A DNA stretch of 64,000 bases, taken from a virus. Under the pieces are notes generated by a model. That model saw only the letters and a program-made list of their open reading frames with translations. It had not been told where the DNA came from and searched no databases. Of this stretch, positions 44,603 through 52,539 are shown piece by piece. The translations under genes were made by a program, and so were the position numbers. Numbering within the stretch: position 1 is the first letter of the stretch; every line of letters begins with the position of its first letter. Location of the stretch: positions 1-64,000 of IMG/VR virus record IMGVR_UViG_3300014874_000001; one strand, given 5' to 3'.

Positions 44603-44777
44603 CGTCCTCTTCCTCAAGCATCTCGGTTAACCATTGCTCTGCGAGACGGATGCCCTTCAAAACGCCGTGGTGCTCGCCGTACTCAAAGGGTGTCTTGTCG
44701 ACGACTCCTTCAGTTAAGGCTTCAACGGCGTACTTCTTGACTTCCTCCTGGAACTTCTGCAATAACTTTTCGAGCAC
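44589..44777 (-). CDS. Hypothetical small acidic-tailed protein (62 aa)
   Basis: GTG 44777 after GGAG. In frame with track ORF 44589..44819. Confidence 0.5.
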   Translation of the reverse strand: MLEKLLQKFQEEVKKYAVEALTEGVVDKTPFEYGEHHGVLKGIRLAEQWLTEMLEEEDDDEN

Positions 44778-44825
44778 GACTCTACTCCGTGCGGGTGCCG
44801 GTGTAAACCGGCTCCCCATAGAGTA

Positions 44826-44948
44826 CTACTTCTTCCCCTTGGGGGCGGGGGCCTTCGTGTTGCCGCTCGGAAGCTTCCCCGCTCCGGGAACCTTCTGTGT
44901 CGGCTTGCCTGTCGTCGCCAATCCAAAGTGCTGTCTGACTGCGCCCAT
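44826..44948 (-). CDS. Possible small basic protein (40 aa)
   Basis: ATG 44948 after GGAG(taagccac). MGAVRQHFGLATTGKPTQKVPGAGKLPSGNTKAPAPKGKK. Below the track cutoff. Confidence 0.35.
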   Translation of the reverse strand: MGAVRQHFGLATTGKPTQKVPGAGKLPSGNTKAPAPKGKK

Positions 44949-45014
44949 GTGGCTTACTCCTTCGTCCGTATTGAGGGGCTCTTGACATAAATAAGTCCAG
45001 TCTTCGTAGCGTTG

Positions 45015-45056
45015 AAGGTTACCAGGTCTGGGTTAACCCAACTGGTGCCTAACCTT
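45015..45056 (-). other. Compound hairpin spanning the portal stop codon
   Basis: aaggtta/taacctt (45015-21 / 45050-56), ccag/ctgg inner stem, central palindrome tgggttaaccca. Confidence 0.4.
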
Positions 45057-47727
45057 TAGGCCGTCCGCCCGAGGGATTTTTATTTGCTCCCGTACCGGAG
45101 GAGACCTTCACTTTCTCCGACGACTGGATTTCGGCCGCTGCGACTCGAAGCGCGGTCAGGTTGTCCTGAGTGTTCCGACGTTCCTCCGAGTTCAGCTCGG
45201 CAGCCGCACGCTCATCCTCTGCCCGTTCCTGCGTAGCGATCTCCTGCAACCGAGCAACTAGCTGCTGAGCCGCGCGTGCATTCTCTTGGGCCTCTTGGAT
45301 AGCCACCGTCCGCTCGCTTGCCGAAAGCTTTGCGAACTCCAGTTGGGCCTGTGCTTGTCGCGACTCGGCCTTGTCCTTGAAGTTCAGAATGTTCGATTCT
45401 TTCGTAATGCCCAGCTTCTCTCGCTCCCGGGCGTCTTTCTGTTGGTCTGCCTTTGTCTTGCGTTCGACCTCGGCTCGCTTGTCCGGATCGCTCGGCAAGG
45501 TTTGCGGCGTGTACTGCGCGATAAGCTGTTGCGCCTGCTGGATGACCTGGGGCAGGACTCCGAAGACCTGCTGTTCCCGCTGTAGGACGCCGTTACTCGC
45601 GGCGGCAAGGACCTGATCCAGCTGTTTCCTGGTCTCGGGGTCGCGCTCCTTCATAACCAGTCCCATCCCGGCCTCGTCCATCTCGAGATGCGCTCGCGTC
45701 AGCATATAGAACTCGTTCGCGTACCAGAGCACGAGATGCTCTTTCAGGTGGCCTAGAGCGGCCGGTAGGAACGAGGGCGCAATAATCGGTAGCTGTCCGA
45801 AGAGAGGCGACGTAATCGCCTGGACGAGGACCGTGATATGCGCCAGGTGGTCCTGCTGGGGGAACGCCGTCACCGGCCGACCGAGGGCCATAGCGACATT
45901 CTCGTTGACTTGGTTCATCTCCTCCGGTTCGGGCTTCGGGATCAGGAACCGTTCTGGGTTCGGTATCTTGGCTCTTTCCAGGAGGAATAGCTCGGTCTCC
46001 CGTACGTCGTAGATTCCAGGAGGTAGCGCGGCCGCGCGATCCGCTATGATCTGCGCCTGCGCAATTCGCTGCACATCGCTAAAGATTTCCGGATCGGCCG
46101 TCGGGATACAGTCCATCGGACCCTCGAAGTCCGCCCGATGCGCCAGAACCTCGCCCATGTCGTCCTTGAGCTCCTCCTCATTGAGATACATCCGATCGAG
46201 CCTATGCAGGATGCGGATGAAGTACGTCATCGAGTGGAAGAGCCGCAAATGGATCGCGGACATGACTTTCATGCCTTCCTCGATCAGCGCGAGCGTCGTG
46301 CCAACCGGGAGGTTCTTGTTGTCTTCCGAGAGCTTGTCGAGAGCGACGTGGATCGCCTGGCGTCCCGCGTCCGTGAGAAAGCCCAATAGCTCAAACAGGG
46401 TCTGCGAGGGTCCTGCGAACGGGATCGGCATCAGGAGCTTGCGGATGTCCGCGTCCCCTGCGACTCCGCCCTTAATCTCGATAACCTGCGTCGCGTTGAC
46501 CGTCTGGTTCTGACCCGAGAAGTTCGCGCCCTTCAGTCGTGCGAGCGTCGGGATGTTCTGAATATGCGCCGAGTCGAGTAGCGCGCGAAGCGCCCCTGTG
46601 GCCGCACCTGCAAGCGAACCGATCGCTTGTCCGAGTCCGATGCCCTGAGCGCCTCTCCACTGGAAGAAGATCCACTCGACCATCCATTGCATTCGATCGT
46701 AGTTTTTGTCGTTCTCTTCCCAGTTCCGGGTAATCGAGACGACCTTGGAACTTGGAAAGTCGATCGAGATGAGATACGGCGCGATGCCGTACTTCGGTTC
46801 CAGATTTTGGTAAACGGAGATTTCGCAGACTTGGCGCAGGCCGTCGGAGTTCAACGGGTCGATCTTCTTGCCCTCGACCTTCTGAGCGGCCTTCTCGGCC
46901 TCGGACTCGTCCGGAGTCAGCGCGGGGATCGATTCGATGTCCCGATACATGCCCTCGCGGATACGTGTATCGAACTCGTCCTGGGTCACTGGCTCCCAGT
47001 AGCACTGACGCTCGGCCGTGTAGTAGTTCGATGCGGCGGCCGGAATGCTGACGTAATCGAGAGGGACGAACGTGGGAACTGGACGGCGCCGACGCTTGGA
47101 GGCATCAGGAATAAGTCGAAGGTACATCGCGCCGCCTAGTGGCAGCTGCGAGAGTAGCTGTTCCATCTCGGAGCGAAGCTCTGGCATCTGGAAAATACAT
47201 TGCCAGTTCATGTAGTTTTTCTTGCGCTCGGCCTTCCGCAGACGCTCGGGCTCGACGTTGTTCCCTGGGACGAACATCTTCACGGGGCCGTTCGGCGGCA
47301 TCAGCTCGCGGATCGCGCGACTGGCGAAGTCGAGGCAGGCTTCCAGAAGCATCGGATGGACTACGCGGCTCGCGCCCTCGAACTGAGCGCCGCCGGGAGC
47401 CTCTTTGCCTAGGCCCGTGCGTTTCGTGGCCTCGGCATATTGCTTGTCGCGTTCCTCGCGGGACTTCTTGTCTCGCTCGACCTGTTCGAGGAGCGTCGTT
47501 GACAGAGTGGAAAGTCGGTTGTCGTCGAAGGTCTCCACGATGTTGTCGTAGAACTCCGCAACCACCTCGGAGTCTTCCTCGGTCTCCTCGCTGGCGATCT
47601 TCGCGATGGCACCGCCTTCATCGTCGAACTCGATGCCCGTATCGACCTCGTCATCGTCATCGATCTGAGCGATGATCCCGCCTCCGGCTGCCTTCCGGAT
47701 CGGGTCTATGAGATTGTTACTTGCCAT
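45049..47727 (-). CDS. Portal protein (892 aa) with long C-terminal coiled-coil
   Basis: Immediately downstream of TerL. The size and the helical, charged C-terminus resemble a barrel. No motif-level proof. Confidence 0.65.
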   Translation of the reverse strand: MASNNLIDPIRKAAGGGIIAQIDDDDEVDTGIEFDDEGGAIAKIASEETEEDSEVVAEFYDNIVETFDDNRLSTLSTTLLEQVERDKKSREERDKQYAEATKRTGLGKEAPGGAQFEGASRVVHPMLLEACLDFASRAIRELMPPNGPVKMFVPGNNVEPERLRKAERKKNYMNWQCIFQMPELRSEMEQLLSQLPLGGAMYLRLIPDASKRRRRPVPTFVPLDYVSIPAAASNYYTAERQCYWEPVTQDEFDTRIREGMYRDIESIPALTPDESEAEKAAQKVEGKKIDPLNSDGLRQVCEISVYQNLEPKYGIAPYLISIDFPSSKVVSITRNWEENDKNYDRMQWMVEWIFFQWRGAQGIGLGQAIGSLAGAATGALRALLDSAHIQNIPTLARLKGANFSGQNQTVNATQVIEIKGGVAGDADIRKLLMPIPFAGPSQTLFELLGFLTDAGRQAIHVALDKLSEDNKNLPVGTTLALIEEGMKVMSAIHLRLFHSMTYFIRILHRLDRMYLNEEELKDDMGEVLAHRADFEGPMDCIPTADPEIFSDVQRIAQAQIIADRAAALPPGIYDVRETELFLLERAKIPNPERFLIPKPEPEEMNQVNENVAMALGRPVTAFPQQDHLAHITVLVQAITSPLFGQLPIIAPSFLPAALGHLKEHLVLWYANEFYMLTRAHLEMDEAGMGLVMKERDPETRKQLDQVLAAASNGVLQREQQVFGVLPQVIQQAQQLIAQYTPQTLPSDPDKRAEVERKTKADQQKDAREREKLGITKESNILNFKDKAESRQAQAQLEFAKLSASERTVAIQEAQENARAAQQLVARLQEIATQERAEDERAAAELNSEERRNTQDNLTALRVAAAEIQSSEKVKVSSGTGANKNPSGGRPKG

Positions 47728-47735
47728 CGTGTCTC

Positions 47736-49406
47736 CTAGCCGTCATATGGATTGACCCGCTGTTTCATTTCCTCGATCTCTTCCCTGGCCTCGCGCCCGT
47801 GACGTGTTTCATCGTCTTCCTCGATCGTCAACGGGCCGATGAATTCATCCATGAATTTGCGGACTGCCTGCGTCGTCGTATCCAGTAGGTCGTCGTGCTT
47901 GACTGAGCCCGGACCGGTGTACGTACACACCTGACTGATTAAAGGCTCGGCCCACTGCTTGAACTCCCCCTTCCGCTTCTCGCTCTCGACCGCCCAGACC
48001 CGACCGTGGGCCCAGAGTGGTGAGACGTAATGCAACCTCGATAGCTTGTCTGCTCGGCGGGGATTATAGCCTTCTGTAAAGATTTCCTCTACCTCTAGCG
48101 CCTGCCGGAGTGATATGCCACTCCCCTTCTCCTCTATGAGGATGAGGTCTATCTTCTTACCCTGAGGTCCCGGTCTCTGGGCTATAGGGACGATCTTCGG
48201 CCGAAGCTTCACTTCATGGTTGGAGGCCCCGTATCGTATCCGCCGCGCCCGTTTTACCTTCTTGATAAGTTGAGGAAGAGTCAACCAATCCTCCCAGGCA
48301 TCCAAGAGCAAGATATGATTTTCGATCTTCTTCTTTCCACTGCGAAAACGAATGGGTCGCTCGAACAAGCCCCACACCGAGCACGCGGTCGGGTCCCTAG
48401 TTTGCTTCTTCTTGTCGAACGTCTTCTCGGTAAATGCAGTATCCAGGGATAGGATAATGAACTGGAACTTCGGAAGCGGACGATCCGCAGGCCAGACCCG
48501 CCACTCGGACCGCTTGACGAAGCCCTCTTCCTCAGGGTCAAGCACCTCGCCGTGTAGCTCCTGCCGACCAACCTTCGTGCCCTCGTACTTCGCAACCGAT
48601 TGGAAAAATAGCTTCGGCAAGTTCTTCTTGTTTTCGTAGGTCGATCCAACGACGTTCACGACCTCCTTGCTCGCCACCAGCTCGCGAATGAACGGACTAG
48701 GCTTCGGCGTGCCGGTAACCAAGAGGCGTGGATGCGGGCCTAGGCGAAGACCGAACATTATGTTGTCCCACGCCTCTTGGGGATATAGCCAGCTCGCTAT
48801 CTCGTCAAGCCAGCCCGCTGCCGCCTGCGGTCCGCGTAACCGCTCGGGCGTATCGCCCGCGAACCCGCGTATTACCGATCCATTCCACAGTGTGATGGAG
48901 GGAAGTGCCAGGTTACTAGCAACGATGAGCTTCGGGGGTATGACAGAATACAACCCCGTAGGACCCTCGAAGCAGACATAACGTACGTCGTCTTTTGTGG
49001 GGGCCACCACGTAGTATTGGGAAGGAAATGCGGCTGCTTCCATCCCGAGCCAATTCGATCCGACCAGAGTTTTGCCCCAGCCTCGACCGGAGCGCGCGAC
49101 CCAGATAGTTTTTTCAAAGGCATCGAACTCCTTTGGGGGTAGCTGTTTTTCTCGGGCCATCGCTCGCCACATCATCCGCCATCGGAGGAATAGCAGCTCC
49201 TCCTCGGTGAATTGCGCGAGCGTATCTTTGTACTGTACTAGCTTCTCGGATACCTCTTCAGGCATTCCGCGCAGAAGCGGGGCATCGTAATTGAGATGAA
49301 CCCGCTGGTAGACATTCGCGAAGTTAACCGTTACTGACCGACCGTCGCTCACTTCGCTCTTTTTCCTTATTGCGTCGCGCCTCGACCTCAACGGGGTCCA
49401 GCTCAA
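47736..49406 (-). CDS. terL: Terminase large subunit (start uncertain)
   Basis: ARSGRGWGKT (Walker A), AAGWLDEIASW (Walker B), ILSLDTAF nuclease Asp. The longest start, 49406, overlaps the upstream gene by 83 nt. Confidence 0.85.
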   Translation of the reverse strand: MSWTPLRSRRDAIRKKSEVSDGRSVTVNFANVYQRVHLNYDAPLLRGMPEEVSEKLVQYKDTLAQFTEEELLFLRWRMMWRAMAREKQLPPKEFDAFEKTIWVARSGRGWGKTLVGSNWLGMEAAAFPSQYYVVAPTKDDVRYVCFEGPTGLYSVIPPKLIVASNLALPSITLWNGSVIRGFAGDTPERLRGPQAAAGWLDEIASWLYPQEAWDNIMFGLRLGPHPRLLVTGTPKPSPFIRELVASKEVVNVVGSTYENKKNLPKLFFQSVAKYEGTKVGRQELHGEVLDPEEEGFVKRSEWRVWPADRPLPKFQFIILSLDTAFTEKTFDKKKQTRDPTACSVWGLFERPIRFRSGKKKIENHILLLDAWEDWLTLPQLIKKVKRARRIRYGASNHEVKLRPKIVPIAQRPGPQGKKIDLILIEEKGSGISLRQALEVEEIFTEGYNPRRADKLSRLHYVSPLWAHGRVWAVESEKRKGEFKQWAEPLISQVCTYTGPGSVKHDDLLDTTTQAVRKFMDEFIGPLTIEEDDETRHGREAREEIEEMKQRVNPYDG

Positions 49407-49560
49407 GAGCCCGTCGAATAGTCATGTGCGAGACGTTGAACTGCTCAGCAAGTTCTTCGACCTTCAAAAACTGGAGACGGGATTGCCGTCTTCGTGCGCA
49501 GACCCTTTGGATGTACTGAACTTCTTCCGCCGTGAGTTTCGGCAGCTTACCTCTCGCCAT
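49324..49560 (-). CDS. HTH DNA-binding protein
   Basis: MARGKLPKLTAEEVQYIQ...ELAEQFNVSHMTIRRAL. Confidence 0.55.
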   Translation of the reverse strand: MARGKLPKLTAEEVQYIQRVCARRRQSRLQFLKVEELAEQFNVSHMTIRRALELDPVEVEARRNKEKERSERRSVSNG

Positions 49561-49769
49561 CACTTAGGCATCTCGTCGTTGAATACGTGTCGCAGCCAGC
49601 AGAGGTCGCCTAGCGACTGCTTCGTCCAGAAGGCCTCCGTGTGTCCGTTCTTGTAGTGAACGACCGCCCCCATATTTTCGATTTCATCGGCCGTCTCCAT
49701 CAATTTCGCAATGAAGACGGCGGGAGTCGTCGCCAACCCCGGAAGCATATCAACCTTCGACCCTTTCAT
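49560..49769 (-). CDS. Hypothetical protein (69 aa)
   Basis: Track ORF. ATGA overlap with the csrA-like stop. Confidence 0.5.
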   Translation of the reverse strand: MKGSKVDMLPGLATTPAVFIAKLMETADEIENMGAVVHYKNGHTEAFWTKQSLGDLCWLRHVFNDEMPK

Positions 49770-49942
49770 CGGGGCTCCCGCGTGATTGTATGTCCCTCGG
49801 GGGCTTCAACACCGAGCTTGACACGCCCCCCTTTCACCTCCAGAATCGTAACGACGATCCGTTCGGTCATCCGGACACCGTCGATCGTGACTTCGGTCTC
49901 GATCACAACGGTCTCGGTGTTCTTACGACTCAGAACCAGCAC
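49766..49942 (-). CDS. csrA: CsrA/RsmA-family RNA-binding protein homologue (58 aa)
   Basis: Not in the ORF track (<60 aa). GTG 49942 lies 1 nt after the upstream TAA. MLVLSRKNTETVVIETEVTIDGVRMTERIVVTILEVKGGRVKLGVEAPEGHTITREPR, compared with the CsrA consensus MLILTRR.GE...I....V.VL.VKG.QV+IG..AP..V.+.REE. Contains a ~12-aa insertion after beta-1. Confidence 0.75.
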   Translation of the reverse strand: MLVLSRKNTETVVIETEVTIDGVRMTERIVVTILEVKGGRVKLGVEAPEGHTITREPR

Positions 49943-49943
49943 G

Positions 49944-50372
49944 TTACAGCCCGAAGAACGTCTTCACGATGGATTGGAACACCAGATCCTTCGCCTGCTG
50001 ATGCGGAGGCAGCTCCTCGTAAGGCACCATGCACGGGTGCGTCTTCGCGACTGGGTCCTTCACCGGCCCGAGCTTCCAACCCTCCGCGATCTTGTAATTC
50101 CACCAAGCCGTATGGTTCTCCGTCGGGCTCTCGTTCGGGTTTTCCAGCATACGCTCGATCCCCGCGATGATAGTGGCCTTATTCGAGTCCCAGTCGAGGG
50201 TATTTTCATGTCGCGCGTCGTTCTGGGCCTTCGTCGCTTCGTGGATCAGCTTCGCGCACATCAGAATCGCGTCCTCCGTAGGTTCCACCAGATCGTACTT
50301 GATCCTCGGCAGCAGCCGCTCGAATCCGTCCGCTTCCGCGCGCTCGATCTCTCTGTCCATCTCGTTTTTCAT
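49944..50372 (-). CDS. RyR-domain protein
   Basis: ATG 50372 after AAGGAG (alternative ATG 50435). ...NHTAWWNYKIAEGWKLGPVKDPVAKTHPCMVPYEELPPHQQAKDLVF matches the RyR-domain pattern (W...K...GW..G......K.HP.LVPY.EL....K..D). Confidence 0.65.
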   Translation of the reverse strand: MKNEMDREIERAEADGFERLLPRIKYDLVEPTEDAILMCAKLIHEATKAQNDARHENTLDWDSNKATIIAGIERMLENPNESPTENHTAWWNYKIAEGWKLGPVKDPVAKTHPCMVPYEELPPHQQAKDLVFQSIVKTFFGL

Positions 50373-50574
50373 TCGAAAATGCTCCTTCACTCGTTGTGTT
50401 GTTTCCCGGCAGACTCTTTCTACGTCGTGTTTCATTGTCCCAAGCCCTCAAGACCATTCGGCAATAGAGGGGGTGGGGCATCAGGACGATGTTCCTCGGA
50501 TAGTACACGCCGTGTGGCGCTACGTTCGTGATCCCCAGCTCCCTCACTACCCCGAAGTTCAGTCTTATGCTCAT
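50206..50574 (-). CDS. Hypothetical ORF; only the first ~46 codons look coding, the rest overprints the RyR gene
   Basis: AAGGAA before ATG 50574. GC3 is about 75% for codons 1-48 by my count. There is no stop until 50206. Confidence 0.35.
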   Translation of the reverse strand: MSIRLNFGVVRELGITNVAPHGVYYPRNIVLMPHPLYCRMVLRAWDNETRRRKSLPGNNTTSEGAFSNEKRDGQRDRARGSGRIRAAAAEDQVRSGGTYGGRDSDVREADPRSDEGPERRAT

Positions 50575-50719
50575 TTATATTGTTCCTTGAGTACGCGAAG
50601 TACCTTCCCCAGTCCCCTCGCTCGACGATCCCGATCAAAATTTCGGCTTGCTCGCGATCGGACAGCTTCAGATAGTCCGCGAGCGAGGGGTGAAGACGGG
50701 CTTGCTCACCTCCGGCCAA
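50432..50719 (-). CDS. Hypothetical ORF; the first ~48 codons look coding
   Basis: TTG 50719. MAGGEQARLHPSLADYLKLSDREQAEILIGIVERGDWGRYF. GC3 drops after position 50574. Confidence 0.35.
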   Translation of the reverse strand: MAGGEQARLHPSLADYLKLSDREQAEILIGIVERGDWGRYFAYSRNNINEHKTELRGSEGAGDHERSATRRVLSEEHRPDAPPPLLPNGLEGLGQ

Positions 50720-50903
50720 TGGGTGTCCTAAACCCGCTCCACATCTCCGGAAAGAACAGGCCGATCAGCCAAAGCGCGACGAACACGACGACGAGGACGT
50801 AAATGATCTTCTTCATCTTCGCGTCGATGAAGTCCACCTGGTTCAGCGCCCACAAGAGGACGCCGATAACCAGTAGGACGCCGATGATGCCTAACAGGCT
50901 CAA
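50706..50903 (-). CDS. Small two-TM membrane protein (65 aa)
   Basis: TTG 50903 overlaps the upstream TGA (TTGA). MSLLGIIGVLLVIGVLLWAL...IIYVLVVVFVALWLIGLFF. Confidence 0.5.
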   Translation of the reverse strand: MSLLGIIGVLLVIGVLLWALNQVDFIDAKMKKIIYVLVVVFVALWLIGLFFPEMWSGFRTPIGRR

Positions 50904-51238
50904 GGTATCACCTGCCCCGACACCCCGAATCCGGCCGAGGAGATCGGACTGAGCGCGATATTGAGCGGCGAGCTCACCGCCTGGAGGTCCGGGCCGCCGA
51001 GCTTGTCGTGTATCGTCGCTCGCCAGATCCAATTGCCCGCTGGGACGTTGTTCACGTCGAGGGACACACTCGTACTCGCGGCTCCGGGCACCAAATCCGG
51101 CCCCAGCGCGCTCCAGGCACTCACTGGCGCACTCGCGAGCTTCTGTTCGATCCCAACCCCGCTGATATCGGTCGGGGGAACCGCCGATCCGTCGTTCCGC
51201 TGGGTCGGAAGCGTAACCGTTACCTTGACCTTAGCCAT
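50900..51238 (-). CDS. FN3/Ig-like beta-sandwich protein, paralog 3 (no signal peptide)
   Basis: GAGGAG before ATG 51238. MAKVKVTVTLPTQRNDGSAVPPTDISGV. Confidence 0.55.
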   Translation of the reverse strand: MAKVKVTVTLPTQRNDGSAVPPTDISGVGIEQKLASAPVSAWSALGPDLVPGAASTSVSLDVNNVPAGNWIWRATIHDKLGGPDLQAVSSPLNIALSPISSAGFGVSGQVIP

Positions 51239-51373
51239 TCGATATCTCCTCTGCTTTGATTGAACCACCCTTCATTGGGCTGACGGGCGTCGGGGGATGG
51301 TCGTGATCCCTATGCCCCAAAATTTTCCTCAAAAAATCGGCCAACCGTCGCAAGAAATCCTTGGCGCTGCTCA
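51231..51373 (-). CDS. Possible small protein (47 aa)
   Basis: GGAAGGAG 7 nt before ATG 51373. MSSAKDFLRRLADFLRKILGHRDHDHPPTPVSPMKGGSIKAEEISNG. Below the track cutoff. Confidence 0.4.
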
Positions 51374-51394
51374 TTTCTTAGCTCCTTCCAGGGT

Positions 51395-51985
51395 TTAGGG
51401 TACCGCACATCGCGCAAAAACTACGTCCGGGCTCACTCCCGGAAGTAACACTAGCCCGGAGGTCCCCAACGGTATCAGGTACATGTCCGCCTGATCATCC
51501 TCCTGGTTCCCCCAGAAGTTGATTTTCTGTGTCCCGTCGCACGGGGTCCCATTCGCCACCGTCCCGACCGCCTGTTTCGTAACTGCGTTGTTGACGGTAC
51601 TCAGGGTATACGCGTTATTGATCGAGGTCGGCCCTGCCACAACGAGCCCGGTGGGTGGAAGGGGATCGGCGGTGATCGTTTTGCTCGCGGGGGTCGCTTT
51701 CGCACTCTCCACTCCGGCGGAGTTAATCGCCGTGACGGAGAAGAACCACGTCCCGCTCGGCAGCTGATCGATCGTCGTCCCACATCCCGCTGAACTCGGA
51801 GTCGTCCTCGTATTCTGCAGCGCCGTAACCGACAGACCCCAGTACCACCTGTACTGAGCGAGGTTCGTCAGGTTCGTCCCGTCCGTGTTCTTGGTCGGCG
51901 CAGTGCATGTCAGAATCGCCGAGTTCTGCTGCGCCTGGGCGCCGAGGGCGATGAGAAGTAAGGCGAGGAAGGCTATCAGTCTCAT
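51395..51985 (-). CDS. Secreted FN3-like protein, paralog 2
   Basis: ATG 51985 (ATGA overlap). MRLIAFLALLLIALGAQAQQ signal peptide. APTKNTDGTNLTNLAQYRWYW ... FSVTAINSAGVES. Confidence 0.6.
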   Translation of the reverse strand: MRLIAFLALLLIALGAQAQQNSAILTCTAPTKNTDGTNLTNLAQYRWYWGLSVTALQNTRTTPSSAGCGTTIDQLPSGTWFFSVTAINSAGVESAKATPASKTITADPLPPTGLVVAGPTSINNAYTLSTVNNAVTKQAVGTVANGTPCDGTQKINFWGNQEDDQADMYLIPLGTSGLVLLPGVSPDVVFARCAVP

Positions 51986-52401
51986 GGGTTTGTCCTCAGG
52001 GTTATGGTCAAGGCTCCCGGACTCTCGGAAACGGTCTGCGGGTTTTCCAGCCCGGACGTGAACGAAAAATCGTTGCTGTGTGAACTCCACTCCTCGGGAT
52101 TCGCCCTCACCGTCGCATAGCAGGTCCAGAACTGCGAGCCCGGAAAATCATAGTCCGCGGTGACCACTGGAGTCAGGAATGGCTCGCGAAGAACGATGTC
52201 GATGTTCGTAGGCCCCGAGCACCAGAAGTCCACGCGGTTGATCTCGGACCTGGGGAGCGCGGAGTTATCCTCGTTCTGTGTCGGCAGTTCGAGAGAGAGG
52301 GTCCAAACCTCCGCCCTAGCATACGGACTCACGGCTATCGCCGCAATCAACAGCGCGATTGCGCCGGTGAGAGAGAGCCAAAATTTCATTCGGTTCGTCA
52401 T
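51982..52401 (-). CDS. Secreted FN3-like protein, paralog 1
   Basis: MTNRMKFWLSLTGAIALLIAAIAVSPYARAE signal peptide. LPTQNEDNSALPRSEINRVDFW. Confidence 0.6.
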   Translation of the reverse strand: MTNRMKFWLSLTGAIALLIAAIAVSPYARAEVWTLSLELPTQNEDNSALPRSEINRVDFWCSGPTNIDIVLREPFLTPVVTADYDFPGSQFWTCYATVRANPEEWSSHSNDFSFTSGLENPQTVSESPGALTITLRTNP

Positions 52402-52419
52402 ACCACCTCCCTCGTGCTG

Positions 52420-52436
52420 CCGAGTAGGATACTCGG
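52420..52436. promoter_or_regulatory. 7-bp inverted repeat (ccgagta gga tactcgg) in the divergent intergenic region
   Basis: Direct reading. Lies 19 nt upstream of the - strand start at 52401. Confidence 0.4.
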
Positions 52437-52462
52437 TTGTCGGTTCGGGGGAAACAGTCGCC

Positions 52463-52522
52463 TGAATATCGTGGAGAAAGAGTGGTGTCGGGTACGATAT
52501 ACTATAGGGACCGGAAGGTCCC
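52463..52522 (+). promoter_or_regulatory. Candidate promoter: TGAAT-N30-TATACT (GATATACTATAGGGA) plus GC leader hairpin
   Basis: TGAAT 52463-52467, TATACT 52498-52503, hairpin gggacc-ggaa-ggtccc 52507-52522, AGGAGA, ATG 52540. Confidence 0.5.
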
Positions 52523-52539
52523 GGTATAGGAGACGTGAA

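Noticed and set aside
49324-49560. The HTH protein just upstream of TerL as the small terminase subunit.
   Set aside because: 54375..54944 carries the much more TerS-like HTH plus the WLxNRxPxxWxDK C-terminal motif. The 78-aa protein is more likely a regulator. This is left open in the TerS finding.
52496-52507. ACGATATACTATAGGGA resembles the T7/SP6-class promoter core (ACTATAGGGA), which could imply a single-subunit phage RNAP.
   Set aside because: Only the core is similar; positions upstream of -8 are not conserved between copies. No ssRNAP gene is in the window. The box also reads as a sigma70-like -10. It is kept only as an alternative to test.
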